Part shown: positions 53,016-64,000 of the stretch, in pieces
How the letters are laid out: each line of letters begins with the position of its first letter
Position numbering within the stretch: the first letter of the stretch is position 1
From: an uncultured Coriobacteriia bacterium
GTDB taxonomy: Bacteria > Actinomycetota > Coriobacteriia > Coriobacteriales > QAMH01
Length of the DNA stretch: 64,000 bases
Assembly: GCA_959608885.1 (NCBI GenBank)
Contig: CAUHSG010000010.1
Coordinates: forward strand, 2,441 to 66,440
Direction of reading: 5' to 3'
Position numbers and translations under genes: made by a program
Notes under the pieces: generated by a model
Told to the model about the DNA's origin: nothing
The model's database searches: none
What the model saw: the letters and a program-made list of their open reading frames with translations, nothing else

Positions 53016-56000
53016 CTACATCGCCTGGAAGGCTCCGTTTGCGGCAGAATCGGATGCCTGGCGGGTACTGTAGCGCCTGCTGCCATCCATGATGTCGCCC
53101 TCGAAATCGTCCATATCGCGCACATCGTGACGGCGTCGGTACAGCACGCCGAGGCCGTAGACGATGGTAACGAGTGCGCCGAAGATCATCAGCCAGTGCG
53201 TCCAGCAGTGGATCTCCTCGAAGGCGGCCAGCGCGTTGGCGTCATCGTCGATGGTGGTGATGTCGGCCAGCGGGTTCTCGGCATCGCCGATGGCCTCGAC
53301 GGCCGCAACAGCAGCTGCGGCTGCCGCAGGAGCGACGGCGTCAGCGGGTGTCGTAACAGCGGGCGTGGGGCCAGGTATCGGTGTCGGTGTCGGGGTCGGG
53401 GTCGGAGTCGGCGGAATCACCGGAGCGGGAACGTAGGTAACCACGATGGTGTGTCCCCTGGTCACGGCATTGAAGGTGAAGGTGCCGTCAGCCGACAGCG
53501 CCACGGGATTGCCATCAACCGTCACGCTCTCGAGGACGTAGCCGTCATTGGGGGTGAAGGTGTAGGTGGCGTCACCACCATAGTTCACCGTAGTGCCCGC
53601 AGTGGCTGCGTCGCTCGTGCCGTTGACGACCTGCACGTCGATGTCGAAGGTGACCGGCGTCCACTGTGCGACGTAGGTAACGTCACCAGTCACGGTATCA
53701 GTGACCTCGGGGGTCCAACCGGCAAAGATATAGCCGGCGCGAGCCGGGTCATCGATGGTCGGCGTGGTGTCGCCGTGCCTGATACCCTCGAACTGCGTCT
53801 GGACATCCTCGCCGACCGTACCGCCATTGAGGTCGTAGCTCACCGTGTAGGTATTGCGATCGTAGTAGACACTCAGGACCGTGCTGCCATTACCGGCAAC
53901 GGTAGCCGAGAGGAGCGTGCCCTCGACGGCGGGATTGTGGGTGAATCCCTCGTACTGCTTAACGCTGGCATTCACGGTGCTATCAGTCGCCCCGGTCAGG
54001 TTCTCGGTCTCGGCGAGCACATACGTGCCATCAAGCTGCTGCTGGTAGTGATGAACCGTATATGCGGTGTCGCCGTTTGCATTCCACGTAGCTGTGTACT
54101 CGCGGTTACCCGTGCTGCCCTTGGCGATGGTAACGGGGTTGGTGGCACCCGTCAGCCCCGTGCCCGTCCAGCCGGCGAAGGTGTAGCCCTCGCGGGCCGG
54201 GTTGGTGAGCGTAATGTCATCGCTCTCCACGGTATAGATGACGGGGTTAGTGCCGTCCACGGTTCCACCGTCGAGATCGTAGGTGATGGCGTACGTGATC
54301 AGCTTGTAGGTGTACGTGTACTCGGCATCGCTCGAAATCGTAGTATCCGAGGCAGGCGTCTCGTTCCAACTGCCAGCCTCGTATCCGGCTGCAGGCTTGT
54401 CACCCACAGCGGGGATGGTGTCGCCCAGAGTGGCGATGCCACCGGCAGCCATAGTGCCATTCGTGTACTTTTCAAGATACGTCACCACATCGGTGGTGGA
54501 TTCATTGTTCCAAGCACCGTTAACAACCTGATAAGTCACCTTGACCTGATACTTATCAGGAATGCCATCAAAGGTATCGGTACCATCCGGGTTGATGGTG
54601 CCCTTCGTATCCAGAGAGTAGATGATGTCGGCAACGATGTCGGCTGTGATGTTCTGCGCGGCAGCGAGCTTCGCAAGACCCTCGGCACTGGCAACCTCAT
54701 CGAGAACGTACTCGTTGTTTGCGCCCAGGCGCTGGGGAATCACGACGGCGTTAACATCGGAGCCCGTTGTACTCGCGGCACGGACCATGCGAGCAGCCGT
54801 CTGCCCCATGCTGTAATTGAAGTCAGCGCCTTCATCGACCGTAGTCTTGCTGGGATCTTGCAGAACTGCACCACCATCAGTCGTGAAATTGATGATGACG
54901 TTGTACTGCTTCTTGGCACCAGCCTCACCAGATGCTTCGCCATTGTCGGGGCCGGTGGTGTTGTTATCGTTGCTCTCGAGCGTGGCGTTGTTGACAAGCT
55001 TGCCGTTGGCAACGTCACCCTTGGTGAAAGTCTTGGTCACGTAGATGACGGCCTCGGTCTTACCATCGGCGATGGTGCCCACCAGCGGATCACCGCCGAC
55101 CCACGTTGCGTTCTCGTCAGTCACCTTGTATGCAGCACCCTCGGTACCAGTAACGGTAAGTTTGTAGAGCAAGGTCACGTTGGAGGCGTTGTCACCCACG
55201 AAAACAACGGTGTTGTCGTAATTTATGCCCTCGGGAACCGTCATGCCATCGGGAGCTTCAGTCAGACGCTGCTTCTGCAGGCTGGAGAGACTGGGCGTGA
55301 CGGGCGGGGTCACATTACGATCATATCGCAGGACGATGATATTACCGTCTTTCCCCAGGGTCAGCTCGGTGATCACATCGCCGATCGTGTAGCCATTCGG
55401 GCTGTTGTTGGCGGTGCCTTTATTGGCCTGGGTGTAGGCGTAGGTGTTCTCTACACCGTTCTTCGTGTACTTGAGGATCTTGTCGATATCATCAACCTTA
55501 ACAACGTCGCCCACATTCTTGCCAGAAATGTTCTCTTGCTTGGTGAAGCCATCCCGCTCTCCGTTAGTGTAGTACTCGTGAATCACTGTATAGGTGGTGG
55601 AGACAGGGTCAGGATTCTTCGCCGTCACGGTAGTGTTACCACTGGTCGTGTTGATTTCACATTCAATCTTGGCCTCGTTGTAGATTTTGCCGGCCGCGTT
55701 GGCCTTGACGGTGACTTTCACGTACTTGCTGCCGTTGGCGGGGACATAGACATTGTCCCAGGTCACGGTGCGGGTGTCCTCGTTGTATCTGCCACCGTCG
55801 CTGATTCCGTACATTTCATATTCGGCGTCCCACACAACGTCAAGCATCTCGTTCAGCACATCGGTGACCTTCACATAAATCCCATCGCTGTTGGGATTAG
55901 TCACCGTAATGGTGTAGGAGAACTCCTCGCCCACAACAGGGTACTCTTCACTGGGGCTCTTGCTGACAGTCAAATCCTTCAGGTTCTTTTTCCAAGTGGC

Positions 56001-57599
56001 GGTGTAGACGATTTCTCCATTTTCGTCTGCATCATCCGCGCTCACAACGGGGTTGACCGCAGGGCTCCAGCCTTGGAAGGTGTAGCCTTCGCGGCTTGGG
56101 GTACCCACAAAAGCGGGGGTATTGTCCCCCTCCTTGAGACCCTCGTAGCCTTGGTCGGGAAAGACGGTGGCGCCCGCAACACCATCGGTGTAGGTGACGG
56201 TATAGGTTTTGTTAGGCGTCCACTTTGCATAGAGAGTCTTGGAGACAGGATTGGCGGTGCTTCCATAGCCCTCAGACCAGTTCAGCGTGTAGCTGGTCTT
56301 CGCTGGGTTTGTGCATTCCTGATCCTCATACCAACCGGCAAAAGTGTATCCTTCGCGAGTGGGAACGTTTCCGGTAACAGAAAGGGCGGCCGACGTGTCA
56401 GCCTTATCCTCAACAGTCGGGAAAACAATGGAACCGCCGTTTGAGTTGTAATTCAACTCATAGCGAGCGTTAACGGTGATGTTGAGGGTTTCCTTGTCTT
56501 CAACCCAACCGCTGAAGGAAACACTCTGACCGAGGTATGCATCGCAATCGGGGCAAGTGTAACCGTAGGAGCTGAAGAAGTTGTAGTAGTACTCTTGCCA
56601 CGTGCTGAATTTGAGGGTCGTATTGCCGGGAGTTTTTCCGGTAAATCCGATATTCAGGGCTGGATAGCCACCATACCCGGCATCTGAGTAATCTTCTTCA
56701 ACATAACCTTTCAGACTCCAGGTCATATCCTTCACAGTGTTGGGATTGGAATCTTTAAAATAGGCAGATTTGTTGGGTTCTACAGCAATCCATTCAGGAG
56801 TCTCCTCGTGAACAATATGACCGTATGTGCATGAATGTGAATGGGTGTAAAGTCTTTGCGTGCTCTCGCTTTCTCCTACCCAAACAGTCAGATACTCGGC
56901 GGGATTCGTCCAGGACTCTTTAGGGCTGTTGGGGTGAATGTTGAGGTAGAGATAGCACTCTGGAGAACCGTTGGAATAAAACGTGCTCGCCGCATCATAT
57001 CCATCCAGGGGTTCGGTGTAATAAACCTCTGCATCCTCCACGTTCTCAACCGCGAGCACGGCCTCGAGCACCGCATATGCCTCCTCGAGCGCGGCGTTCA
57101 CATCTTCACGCTCGCCGTTCTCGACGCTCATGGCATCCCACATGTCCAGTACGGCGTTCACCTGCTCGCCGATCCCTTCGGCGTTTTCCGCCGTCACGGT
57201 ATCAACAGCAGGGAGCTTCTTGACTGCATCCAGGAAGGCTTGCACCTCAGCGGGAACAGCCTCCGTAGCGTCGTTTTCGCCGCTCGATTGAACACCGAGA
57301 ACGTTCTCCACGGTATCGAGGGTCTCGCCCTTCTTATTCTCGTTGATGAGATTCTCGATAGGCTTGGGCGTCTCTTCAGTGAGTGTCGCACCCGTCTTGC
57401 CTTCTGCCTCATTGGCCGCTTCCTTCGCGGCAGCGGCTGCAGCAGCATCAGCCTGCTCATTGGCGGGATTATCCAATGCTCCCGCAAGAGGAATGATGGT
57501 GAGAGTCGACATGGCAAACACGATGGCGATAAACGTCGTCAGACATTTACCCCATAGCGTGTCTTTCGGTTCTCTGTACTTCTTTCTTTGTTGGTCCAT
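53016..57599 (-). CDS. giant surface protein S3 (1527 aa): shared signal region, multiple Flg_new-type repeats, PT stalk, shared C-terminal TM tail
   Basis: I chose start ATG 57599 (MDQQRKKYREPKDTLWGKCLTTFIAIVFAMSTLTIIPLAGA). Repeats include REGYTFAGWYEDQ..TLYAKWTP, REGYTFQGWSP..YTATWKK, REGYTFAGWTG..YTATWNA and RAGYIFAGWTP..YVAQWTP. PPTPTPTPTPTPIPGPTP stalk. The tail is nearly identical to that of S1. Confidence 0.9.
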   Translation of the reverse strand: MDQQRKKYREPKDTLWGKCLTTFIAIVFAMSTLTIIPLAGALDNPANEQADAAAAAAAKEAANEAEGKTGATLTEETPKPIENLINENKKGETLDTVENVLGVQSSGENDATEAVPAEVQAFLDAVKKLPAVDTVTAENAEGIGEQVNAVLDMWDAMSVENGEREDVNAALEEAYAVLEAVLAVENVEDAEVYYTEPLDGYDAASTFYSNGSPECYLYLNIHPNSPKESWTNPAEYLTVWVGESESTQRLYTHSHSCTYGHIVHEETPEWIAVEPNKSAYFKDSNPNTVKDMTWSLKGYVEEDYSDAGYGGYPALNIGFTGKTPGNTTLKFSTWQEYYYNFFSSYGYTCPDCDAYLGQSVSFSGWVEDKETLNITVNARYELNYNSNGGSIVFPTVEDKADTSAALSVTGNVPTREGYTFAGWYEDQECTNPAKTSYTLNWSEGYGSTANPVSKTLYAKWTPNKTYTVTYTDGVAGATVFPDQGYEGLKEGDNTPAFVGTPSREGYTFQGWSPAVNPVVSADDADENGEIVYTATWKKNLKDLTVSKSPSEEYPVVGEEFSYTITVTNPNSDGIYVKVTDVLNEMLDVVWDAEYEMYGISDGGRYNEDTRTVTWDNVYVPANGSKYVKVTVKANAAGKIYNEAKIECEINTTSGNTTVTAKNPDPVSTTYTVIHEYYTNGERDGFTKQENISGKNVGDVVKVDDIDKILKYTKNGVENTYAYTQANKGTANNSPNGYTIGDVITELTLGKDGNIIVLRYDRNVTPPVTPSLSSLQKQRLTEAPDGMTVPEGINYDNTVVFVGDNASNVTLLYKLTVTGTEGAAYKVTDENATWVGGDPLVGTIADGKTEAVIYVTKTFTKGDVANGKLVNNATLESNDNNTTGPDNGEASGEAGAKKQYNVIINFTTDGGAVLQDPSKTTVDEGADFNYSMGQTAARMVRAASTTGSDVNAVVIPQRLGANNEYVLDEVASAEGLAKLAAAQNITADIVADIIYSLDTKGTINPDGTDTFDGIPDKYQVKVTYQVVNGAWNNESTTDVVTYLEKYTNGTMAAGGIATLGDTIPAVGDKPAAGYEAGSWNETPASDTTISSDAEYTYTYKLITYAITYDLDGGTVDGTNPVIYTVESDDITLTNPAREGYTFAGWTGTGLTGATNPVTIAKGSTGNREYTATWNANGDTAYTVHHYQQQLDGTYVLAETENLTGATDSTVNASVKQYEGFTHNPAVEGTLLSATVAGNGSTVLSVYYDRNTYTVSYDLNGGTVGEDVQTQFEGIRHGDTTPTIDDPARAGYIFAGWTPEVTDTVTGDVTYVAQWTPVTFDIDVQVVNGTSDAATAGTTVNYGGDATYTFTPNDGYVLESVTVDGNPVALSADGTFTFNAVTRGHTIVVTYVPAPVIPPTPTPTPTPTPIPGPTPAVTTPADAVAPAAAAAAVAAVEAIGDAENPLADITTIDDDANALAAFEEIHCWTHWLMIFGALVTIVYGLGVLYRRRHDVRDMDDFEGDIMDGSRRYSTRQASDSAANGAFQAM

Positions 57600-57687
57600 G
57601 CGCCTCCACCAGCCTTTCCTCGTACTCATTTGCGGCGACGCCACTATATAAGAAGGTTTGACTGGGTAAAAATCGGCGTTTGCGCTC

Positions 57688-57693
57688 GATATA
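57688..57693 (-). promoter_or_regulatory. candidate -10 (TATATC) of the S3 promoter
   Basis: The minus strand reads GCATATATCGAGCGCAAACGCCGATTTTTAC, which parallels the S2 arrangement TATACT..TTTTTA. It lies 89 nt upstream of the ATG. Confidence 0.3.
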
Positions 57694-57910
57694 TGCTCTG
57701 ACCGTGTATTATTCGCAAAATTAACCTCCTGACCAGTGGTTTTTTATGGCACTTGTCCTGTCATATCTGCATACCTATCCGAAAATTGTCCTTCATTTGT
57801 CGTGCTTTTGACATGGTAACGCCATGCTATTAAAATGAACGCGCTGGTTGCTGAAGGAACCTTCTGAATAGAAAAAACAAACAGGTACCGTACGCACTAC
57901 GGAGGTCGCC

Positions 57911-59290
57911 ATGGAGAGCAAGAGCATCACCGTGAATACCCCCCGATGGGAAGCGGACTCCCTGGAGCTGGTCTGCGGCATCGCGAATGCCGGCGGCGGG
58001 TATATGCTCCTCCCTGTCTCTCAGAAGGACTATTCCTCGGGCCTGCGACGTACCAGGCGCAAGTTCGACAGCATCCCCGACTCCATAACGCAGGAGCTTG
58101 GCCTCATGTGTCCCATCACCCCCGTGATGGAGGGTAACGAGTTCTTCCTCGAGATAGACATCCCGGCCGCGCAGGAACCTCTGGGGCTACACGGCGTTTA
58201 CTGGCTCTACGAAGATGGCGTCAACACGCGCCAAACCTACGAGTCGATATCGCGCAGCTGGCGTGACGAGGCAACCACGCCGTGGGAGCTCAAGACGCTG
58301 CCCTACGTCGAGGACGAGGACCTGTCCGGCGAGGCGCTGGTTGCCATCGCGGGCATACCGCTCTCGAACATAGACGAGACGAGCGGATCCCTGACGGACA
58401 CCGTCAAGAGCAGGCTCGACCATCTGGGGCTCACGCATCCGCGTACGGGAAAGGTCAACAATGCCGCCGCGGCCCTGCTCTGCGCGAATCCCGCCCGCTT
58501 CGTGCCGGGCGCCACGGTGCACATCGAGTCCTTTAAGGCCGATGGGTCGCCGGTAGGGCTCGAAGACGAGGTAATCGGACCGCTCCCGCAGCAGATAGAC
58601 GACACGGTGCGGCTCATCATGGACAAGTACCTGCCGTCCATCTCGGTGGCACGGGCGTTCGCCAGCGGCGTGCCCGTGCGCATCACGGTCTCGCCCCAGC
58701 GAATCGTCATACAGAACGTCGGTGCCGTCCCCGCCGGTTGGACCGAAGACGATTTCGTGCGCGAGCATGCCCCGCGGTTTCGCAATCCGGTGCTCGCGAC
58801 CGCGGCGCGCTTGCTGGAAATCACCCCGGGTTGGGGAGAGGGCGTGAGGACAATGCGCGAGGGGTGTATCCAGGCGGGAGCCGAGCTCCCCAGCTTCGAT
58901 CTATCGCCTGAACACACCGCCGTGGTGTTTCCGCTACCTGCGACGAAGCGCGGTGTGGGCGCCGTGCGCGCGGGAACGGGGAGTAAGGCAAGGGATGAAG
59001 GCGGTCGTGGCCATAAGGCAGCGGCTCCGCAGTCTGCTGGCGATGGAACACGGCGGGCGACGTTCGCCGAGCGCTCCCTGGCGGCGGCGTACAAGCTCGA
59101 CATGACGCAGACCGACGAGTACGTGCTGCAGGTGCTCACTACCAACGGTCGCGCGACGGCCGTGCGTATCGCGCAGGCCCTCGGGGTGAGCGAGCGCACG
59201 GTGAGACGATCCTTCAAGAAGCTGCGCGAGTACGGGTTCATCGAGCGCATCGGATCCGACAAGGCCGGCTACTGGAGCGTCACCGGGTAG
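57911..59290 (+). CDS. regulator R3 (COG2865-type AlbA_2 / HATPase_c_4-like / wHTH), divergent paralog without a poly-C tract
   Basis: WEADSLELVCGIANAGGGYMLLPVS, GVYWLYEDGVNTRQT, and TDEYVLQVLTTNGRATAVRIAQALGVSERTVRRSFKKLREYGFIERIGSDKAGYW. Confidence 0.85.
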   Translation: MESKSITVNTPRWEADSLELVCGIANAGGGYMLLPVSQKDYSSGLRRTRRKFDSIPDSITQELGLMCPITPVMEGNEFFLEIDIPAAQEPLGLHGVYWLYEDGVNTRQTYESISRSWRDEATTPWELKTLPYVEDEDLSGEALVAIAGIPLSNIDETSGSLTDTVKSRLDHLGLTHPRTGKVNNAAAALLCANPARFVPGATVHIESFKADGSPVGLEDEVIGPLPQQIDDTVRLIMDKYLPSISVARAFASGVPVRITVSPQRIVIQNVGAVPAGWTEDDFVREHAPRFRNPVLATAARLLEITPGWGEGVRTMREGCIQAGAELPSFDLSPEHTAVVFPLPATKRGVGAVRAGTGSKARDEGGRGHKAAAPQSAGDGTRRATFAERSLAAAYKLDMTQTDEYVLQVLTTNGRATAVRIAQALGVSERTVRRSFKKLREYGFIERIGSDKAGYWSVTG

Positions 59291-59304
59291 TGGGCAAAAG
59301 AAAA

Positions 59305-59321
59305 GGGGCCATGAAGGCCCC
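59305..59321 (+). terminator. hairpin after R3
   Basis: GGGGCC-ATGAA-GGCCCC. Confidence 0.4.
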
Positions 59322-59330
59322 GGTTAGTCT

Positions 59331-59406
<76 letters not shown>

Positions 59407-59428
59407 GTTTTCAAAACACGTGTCACGT

Positions 59429-59464
59429 AACCAGACAAAAGCGCTCCGGCGACATTTGTCTGGT
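59429..59464. repeat. REP-like palindromic element type 1 (orientation A) between the two tRNAs
   Basis: AACCAGACAAAAGCGCTCCGGCGACATTTGTCTGGT. Confidence 0.85.
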
Positions 59465-59488
59465 GCGCATTTGCCTCCAAGTATCAAT

Positions 59489-59527
59489 AAACGCCCCGGC
59501 GGCGACTCGGCCCACGCCGGGGCGTTT
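59489..59527 (-). terminator. long GC hairpin downstream of tRNA-Ile
   Basis: AAACGCCCCGGCG..CGCCGGGGCGTTT, followed on the minus strand by ATTGAT. Confidence 0.55.
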
Positions 59528-59538
59528 ATTACCTAGAA

Positions 59539-59615
59539 TGGTGGGCCTTACAAGATTCGAACTTGTGACCTCACGATTATCAGTCGTGCGCTCTAGCCAA
59601 CTGAGCTAAAGGCCC
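59539..59615 (-). tRNA. tRNA-Ile (anticodon GAU)
   Basis: The reverse complement is GGGCCTTTAGCTCAGTTGGCTAGAGCGCACGACTGATAATCGTGAGGTCACAAGTTCGAATCTTGTAAGGCCCACCA. Acceptor stem GGGCCTT/AAGGCCC, anticodon loop CT-GAT-AA, and an encoded CCA. Confidence 0.9.
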
Positions 59616-59729
59616 GCGCAAATACGCGAGCATGTATGTTGCCACAATCTTAGTGCCTTGGGAAGCGTTTATTCGAGAAAGTTTGCTTCGTTTCCGTGGA
59701 AGTGCCCCGCAAACAACACGAGTGGCCCG

Positions 59730-59762
59730 ATGAGACAGCTTGGTCAGACCAAACTGTCTCAT
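59730..59762. repeat. type-2 hairpin repeat downstream of gyrA
   Basis: ATGAGACAGCTTGGTCAGACCAAACTGTCTCAT is a nearly perfect 15-bp hairpin. Confidence 0.85.
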
Positions 59763-59783
59763 CCATTTGCTTCTACCGTCCGT

Positions 59784-62495
59784 CTAGTCGGTGGTGTCGA
59801 TCTCGTCTTCCTCGATGTCATCCTCGACGTCGGCAGGGACCTCGGTCTTCATCTGGCCGGATATCTCCTCGGTCAGAAGCTCGGTCTGTCCCTCGATGAT
59901 CTCCTTCTTCTTTTTCTTGCCGGCGGCAACACGCGCCACGGCAACGACTCGGTCATCGGCAGAGACATTCATGACCTTGACGCCCTGGGTCGCACGTGAG
60001 AGCAGGGCGATGTCGCTCGCCTTCACGCGAATCACGACACCTTCCTCGGACACAATCATCATCTCGTGCTTCTCGTTGATGATCTTCATGGCGGCGATCA
60101 TGCCCTTTTTCTCGGTCATCTTGATCGTCGACATGCCGCCACCGCCACGATGGTGCTCGGTGTACTCGGTAACCTTGGTGCGCTTGCCGTAACCACGCTC
60201 GGTGATGACGAACAGGTCGCTGTCATCGGGCGCGATCTCCATGCCGAGCACGCGATCGCCGCCCGCGACGTCGATGCGGATGCCGTGGACACCCGTCGTG
60301 TCGCGGCCCATCGGACGTGCCTCGGCCTCGTCGAATCGGATGGCCTTGCCGGCGCTGCTCACCATCATGACCTTCATGCCGGGAGCCACACGACGCACGG
60401 CGATGAGTTCGTCGGCATCGCGCAGATTGATGGCGATGAGGCCGTTGGATCGCACGTTCTTGTACGCGTCGAACGCCGTCTTCTTGACCATGCCATGCGC
60501 AGTCGCGAACAGCAGGTACTCGTCAGCCGGAAAATCGCGCGTGTTGATGACGGTCGCAACCTTCTCGTCGTCCTCGATGGGAAGCAGGTTGACCACGGGC
60601 GTGCCCTTGGCCTGGCGGCTGCCGAGCGGAATCTGGTGCACCTTCTGGCGATAGACCTTGCCCTTGTTCGTGAAGAAGAGCATGTAATCATGCGTCGAGG
60701 CAATGAAGAGCTGCTCGACAAAGTCGTTTTCCTTGAGCTTCACGCCGCTCATGCCCTTACCGCCGCGCTTCTGCTGGCGGTACGTGGCCACGGGCAGGCG
60801 CTTGATGTAGCCGCTGCGCGTGATCGTGACGACCATGTCCTCGTCGGCAATGAGATCCTCGATGTCAAGGTCACGCGCCTCGTCGGCGATCTCGGTACGG
60901 CGCTTGTCAGCGTAACGGCGCTTGATCTCGAGCATCTCGTCGCGGATGATCTCCTTGACGAGGTTCTCATCGTCCAGGACACGCTTGTAGTAGGCAATCT
61001 TCTCGCGCAACTCGGCGAGCTCGGTCTCGATCTTCTCGCGCTCGAGGCCGGTCAGGCGGCGCAGGCGCATCTCGAGGATGTGGTTGGACTGGACCTCGGA
61101 AAGCCCGAAGCGCTCGATGAGTCGCGCACGCGCCTCCGCATCGTCGCGCGAGGAGCGGATGATGGAAATGACCTCGTCGATATTGTCGAGGGCGATGACG
61201 AGACCCTCGAGGATGTGAGCGCGTTCCTCGGCCTTGCGCAGCTCGTAGCGCGTGCGGCGCTGGATGACGTCGACCTGGTGGTCGATGTAGTTGTAGAGCA
61301 TGTCCTTGAGGCCCAGGACGTGCGGCACGCCGTTGACCAGCGCAAGGTTGTTGATGCCGAAACCCGTCTGCAGCTGTGTGTGCTTGTAGAGCTTGTTGAG
61401 CACGACCTGCGGCTCCTCGCCGCGCTTGAGGTCGATGACGATGCGCATGCCCTTGCGGTCGGACTCGTCGTTGAGGCCGGAGATCTCGGTGACTGTCTTC
61501 TGCTTGACCAGGTCGGCAATCTTCTCGATGAGCTTTGCCTTGTTGACCTGATATGGAATCTCGGTCACGACGATGCGGTTGCGGCCAGACGTGCTCTTTT
61601 CCACGTGCGCCTTGGCGCGAATGGTGATGGAGCCGCGACCGGTCTCGTAGGCCTCGCGGATGCCGCTGCGACCCATGATGGTCGCACCGGTCGGGAAGTC
61701 CGGGCCGGGAATGATCTGCAGCAACTCGTCGAGCGAGATGTCCGGGTTCTCCATGATGGCAATTGTCGCGTCGATGGCCTCGGCGAGGTTGTGCGGCGGA
61801 ATGTTCGTCGCCATGCCGACGGCGATGCCGGCAGAGCCGTTGACGAGCAGATTGGGGAAGCGCGCGGGCAGTACCTTGGGCTCCTGCATCGACTCGTCGT
61901 AGTTGGGCTGCCAGTCGACGGTCTCCTTCTCGAGGTCGGCGAGCAGCTCCATGGCCGGCTTGTTGAGGCGGGCCTCGGTGTAACGCATAGCGGCAGCCGA
62001 GTCGCCGTCGATGGAACCGAAGTTGCCGTGGCCGTCGATGAGCGGGACGCGCATGGAGAAGTCCTGCGCGAGACGCACGAGCGTGTCGTAGATGGCGGCG
62101 TCGCCGTGCGGGTGATACTTACCCATGCAATCGCCGACGGGACGCGCCGACTTGACATGCGGCTTGTTCGGCGTGATGCCGCTCTCGCTCATCGCGTAGA
62201 GAATGCGGCGATGGACGGGTTTGAGGCCGTCGCGCACGTCAGGCAGCGCGCGAGCCACGATGACGGACATCGAGTACTCGAGGAACGAGGTGCGCATCTC
62301 GCGCGCGAAGTCGGTCTCGGAGACCTTGCCGACGTTGATGTCGAGCGTGCCGATGCCATGGTTGATCTTGGCCTCGAGACTCTCCTCCTGCTCGCCTTCG
62401 TCGCCTTCCTCAATCACGGTCGCCTCGACCTCGGTGAATTCGTCGTCACCCATGAGGGATTCCTGGTTATCGTTGTTGAAGGTATCGTCTGCCAT
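59784..62495 (-). CDS. gyrA: DNA gyrase subunit A with acidic N- and C-terminal extensions
   Basis: [22 protein letters not shown] and the active-site region [10 protein letters not shown]. The first ~55 aa and last ~40 aa are D/E-rich. Confidence 0.97.
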   Translation of the reverse strand: MADDTFNNDNQESLMGDDEFTEVEATVIEEGDEGEQEESLEAKINHGIGTLDINVGKVSETDFAREMRTSFLEYSMSVIVARALPDVRDGLKPVHRRILYAMSESGITPNKPHVKSARPVGDCMGKYHPHGDAAIYDTLVRLAQDFSMRVPLIDGHGNFGSIDGDSAAAMRYTEARLNKPAMELLADLEKETVDWQPNYDESMQEPKVLPARFPNLLVNGSAGIAVGMATNIPPHNLAEAIDATIAIMENPDISLDELLQIIPGPDFPTGATIMGRSGIREAYETGRGSITIRAKAHVEKSTSGRNRIVVTEIPYQVNKAKLIEKIADLVKQKTVTEISGLNDESDRKGMRIVIDLKRGEEPQVVLNKLYKHTQLQTGFGINNLALVNGVPHVLGLKDMLYNYIDHQVDVIQRRTRYELRKAEERAHILEGLVIALDNIDEVISIIRSSRDDAEARARLIERFGLSEVQSNHILEMRLRRLTGLEREKIETELAELREKIAYYKRVLDDENLVKEIIRDEMLEIKRRYADKRRTEIADEARDLDIEDLIADEDMVVTITRSGYIKRLPVATYRQQKRGGKGMSGVKLKENDFVEQLFIASTHDYMLFFTNKGKVYRQKVHQIPLGSRQAKGTPVVNLLPIEDDEKVATVINTRDFPADEYLLFATAHGMVKKTAFDAYKNVRSNGLIAINLRDADELIAVRRVAPGMKVMMVSSAGKAIRFDEAEARPMGRDTTGVHGIRIDVAGGDRVLGMEIAPDDSDLFVITERGYGKRTKVTEYTEHHRGGGGMSTIKMTEKKGMIAAMKIINEKHEMMIVSEEGVVIRVKASDIALLSRATQGVKVMNVSADDRVVAVARVAAGKKKKKEIIEGQTELLTEEISGQMKTEVPADVEDDIEEDEIDTTD

Positions 62496-62508
62496 TGTTC
62501 ATCCCTCC

Positions 62509-64000
<1,492 letters not shown>

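Noticed and set aside
40300-59330. The island as a classical integrative element or prophage.
   Set aside because: I found no integrase, recombinase, phage structural or conjugation genes, and no obvious direct repeat of the adjacent tRNA 3' ends. I describe it only as an accessory or variable island.

Overview
This is a high-GC chromosomal window. Gene content and synteny look Actinomycetota-like, possibly a Coriobacteriia-type anaerobe, but I cannot verify the taxon without a database search. All calls come from reading the sequence and the ORF track by eye; no homology search was run.

Layout:
- 0-40.3 kb: tightly packed housekeeping genes. These include ilvBN, serC, hpf, rlmKL-like, degV, pncB, PSP1/ricT-holB-tmk-topA, comF, mtnA, tatA/tatC, hypA/hypB, ahcY, a DtxR-family regulator with feoAB, two NhaC-type antiporters, a DUF853 ATPase and a secreted nuclease.
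- 40.4-59.3 kb: an accessory island that is AT-richer in places.
- 59.3-64 kb: tRNA-Ala, tRNA-Ile, gyrA and gyrB (gyrB runs off the window end).

The island holds three paralogous, divergently transcribed pairs. Each pair is a giant surface protein (S1-S3) and a COG2865-type AlbA_2/HATPase_c_4/wHTH regulator (R1-R3).
- S1-S3 share the same unusual N-terminal signal region and the same non-LPXTG C-terminal tail.
- R1 and R2 carry a poly-C tract at the same linker position: C11 splits R1 by frameshift, C10 leaves R2 in frame.
- The island also holds two BrnT/BrnA toxin-antitoxin pairs, a small stalk-only protein with the same type of tail, and two copies of a promoter-to-terminator unit that looks like a small RNA.

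The second main theme is a dense family of about 35-bp palindromic REP-like elements.
- There are 18 copies of a CCAGACAAAAG..CCCCGGCG..CTTTTGTCTGG type and 7 copies of a related ATGAGACA..TGTCTCAT type.
- A REP-associated tyrosine transposase (RAYT) gene is flanked by oppositely oriented copies.
- Several copies are translated in frame inside conserved genes (rlmKL linker, tmk C-terminus, comF, nuclease signal peptide).

I found no rRNA, no CRISPR array, and no integrase or classical IS element.
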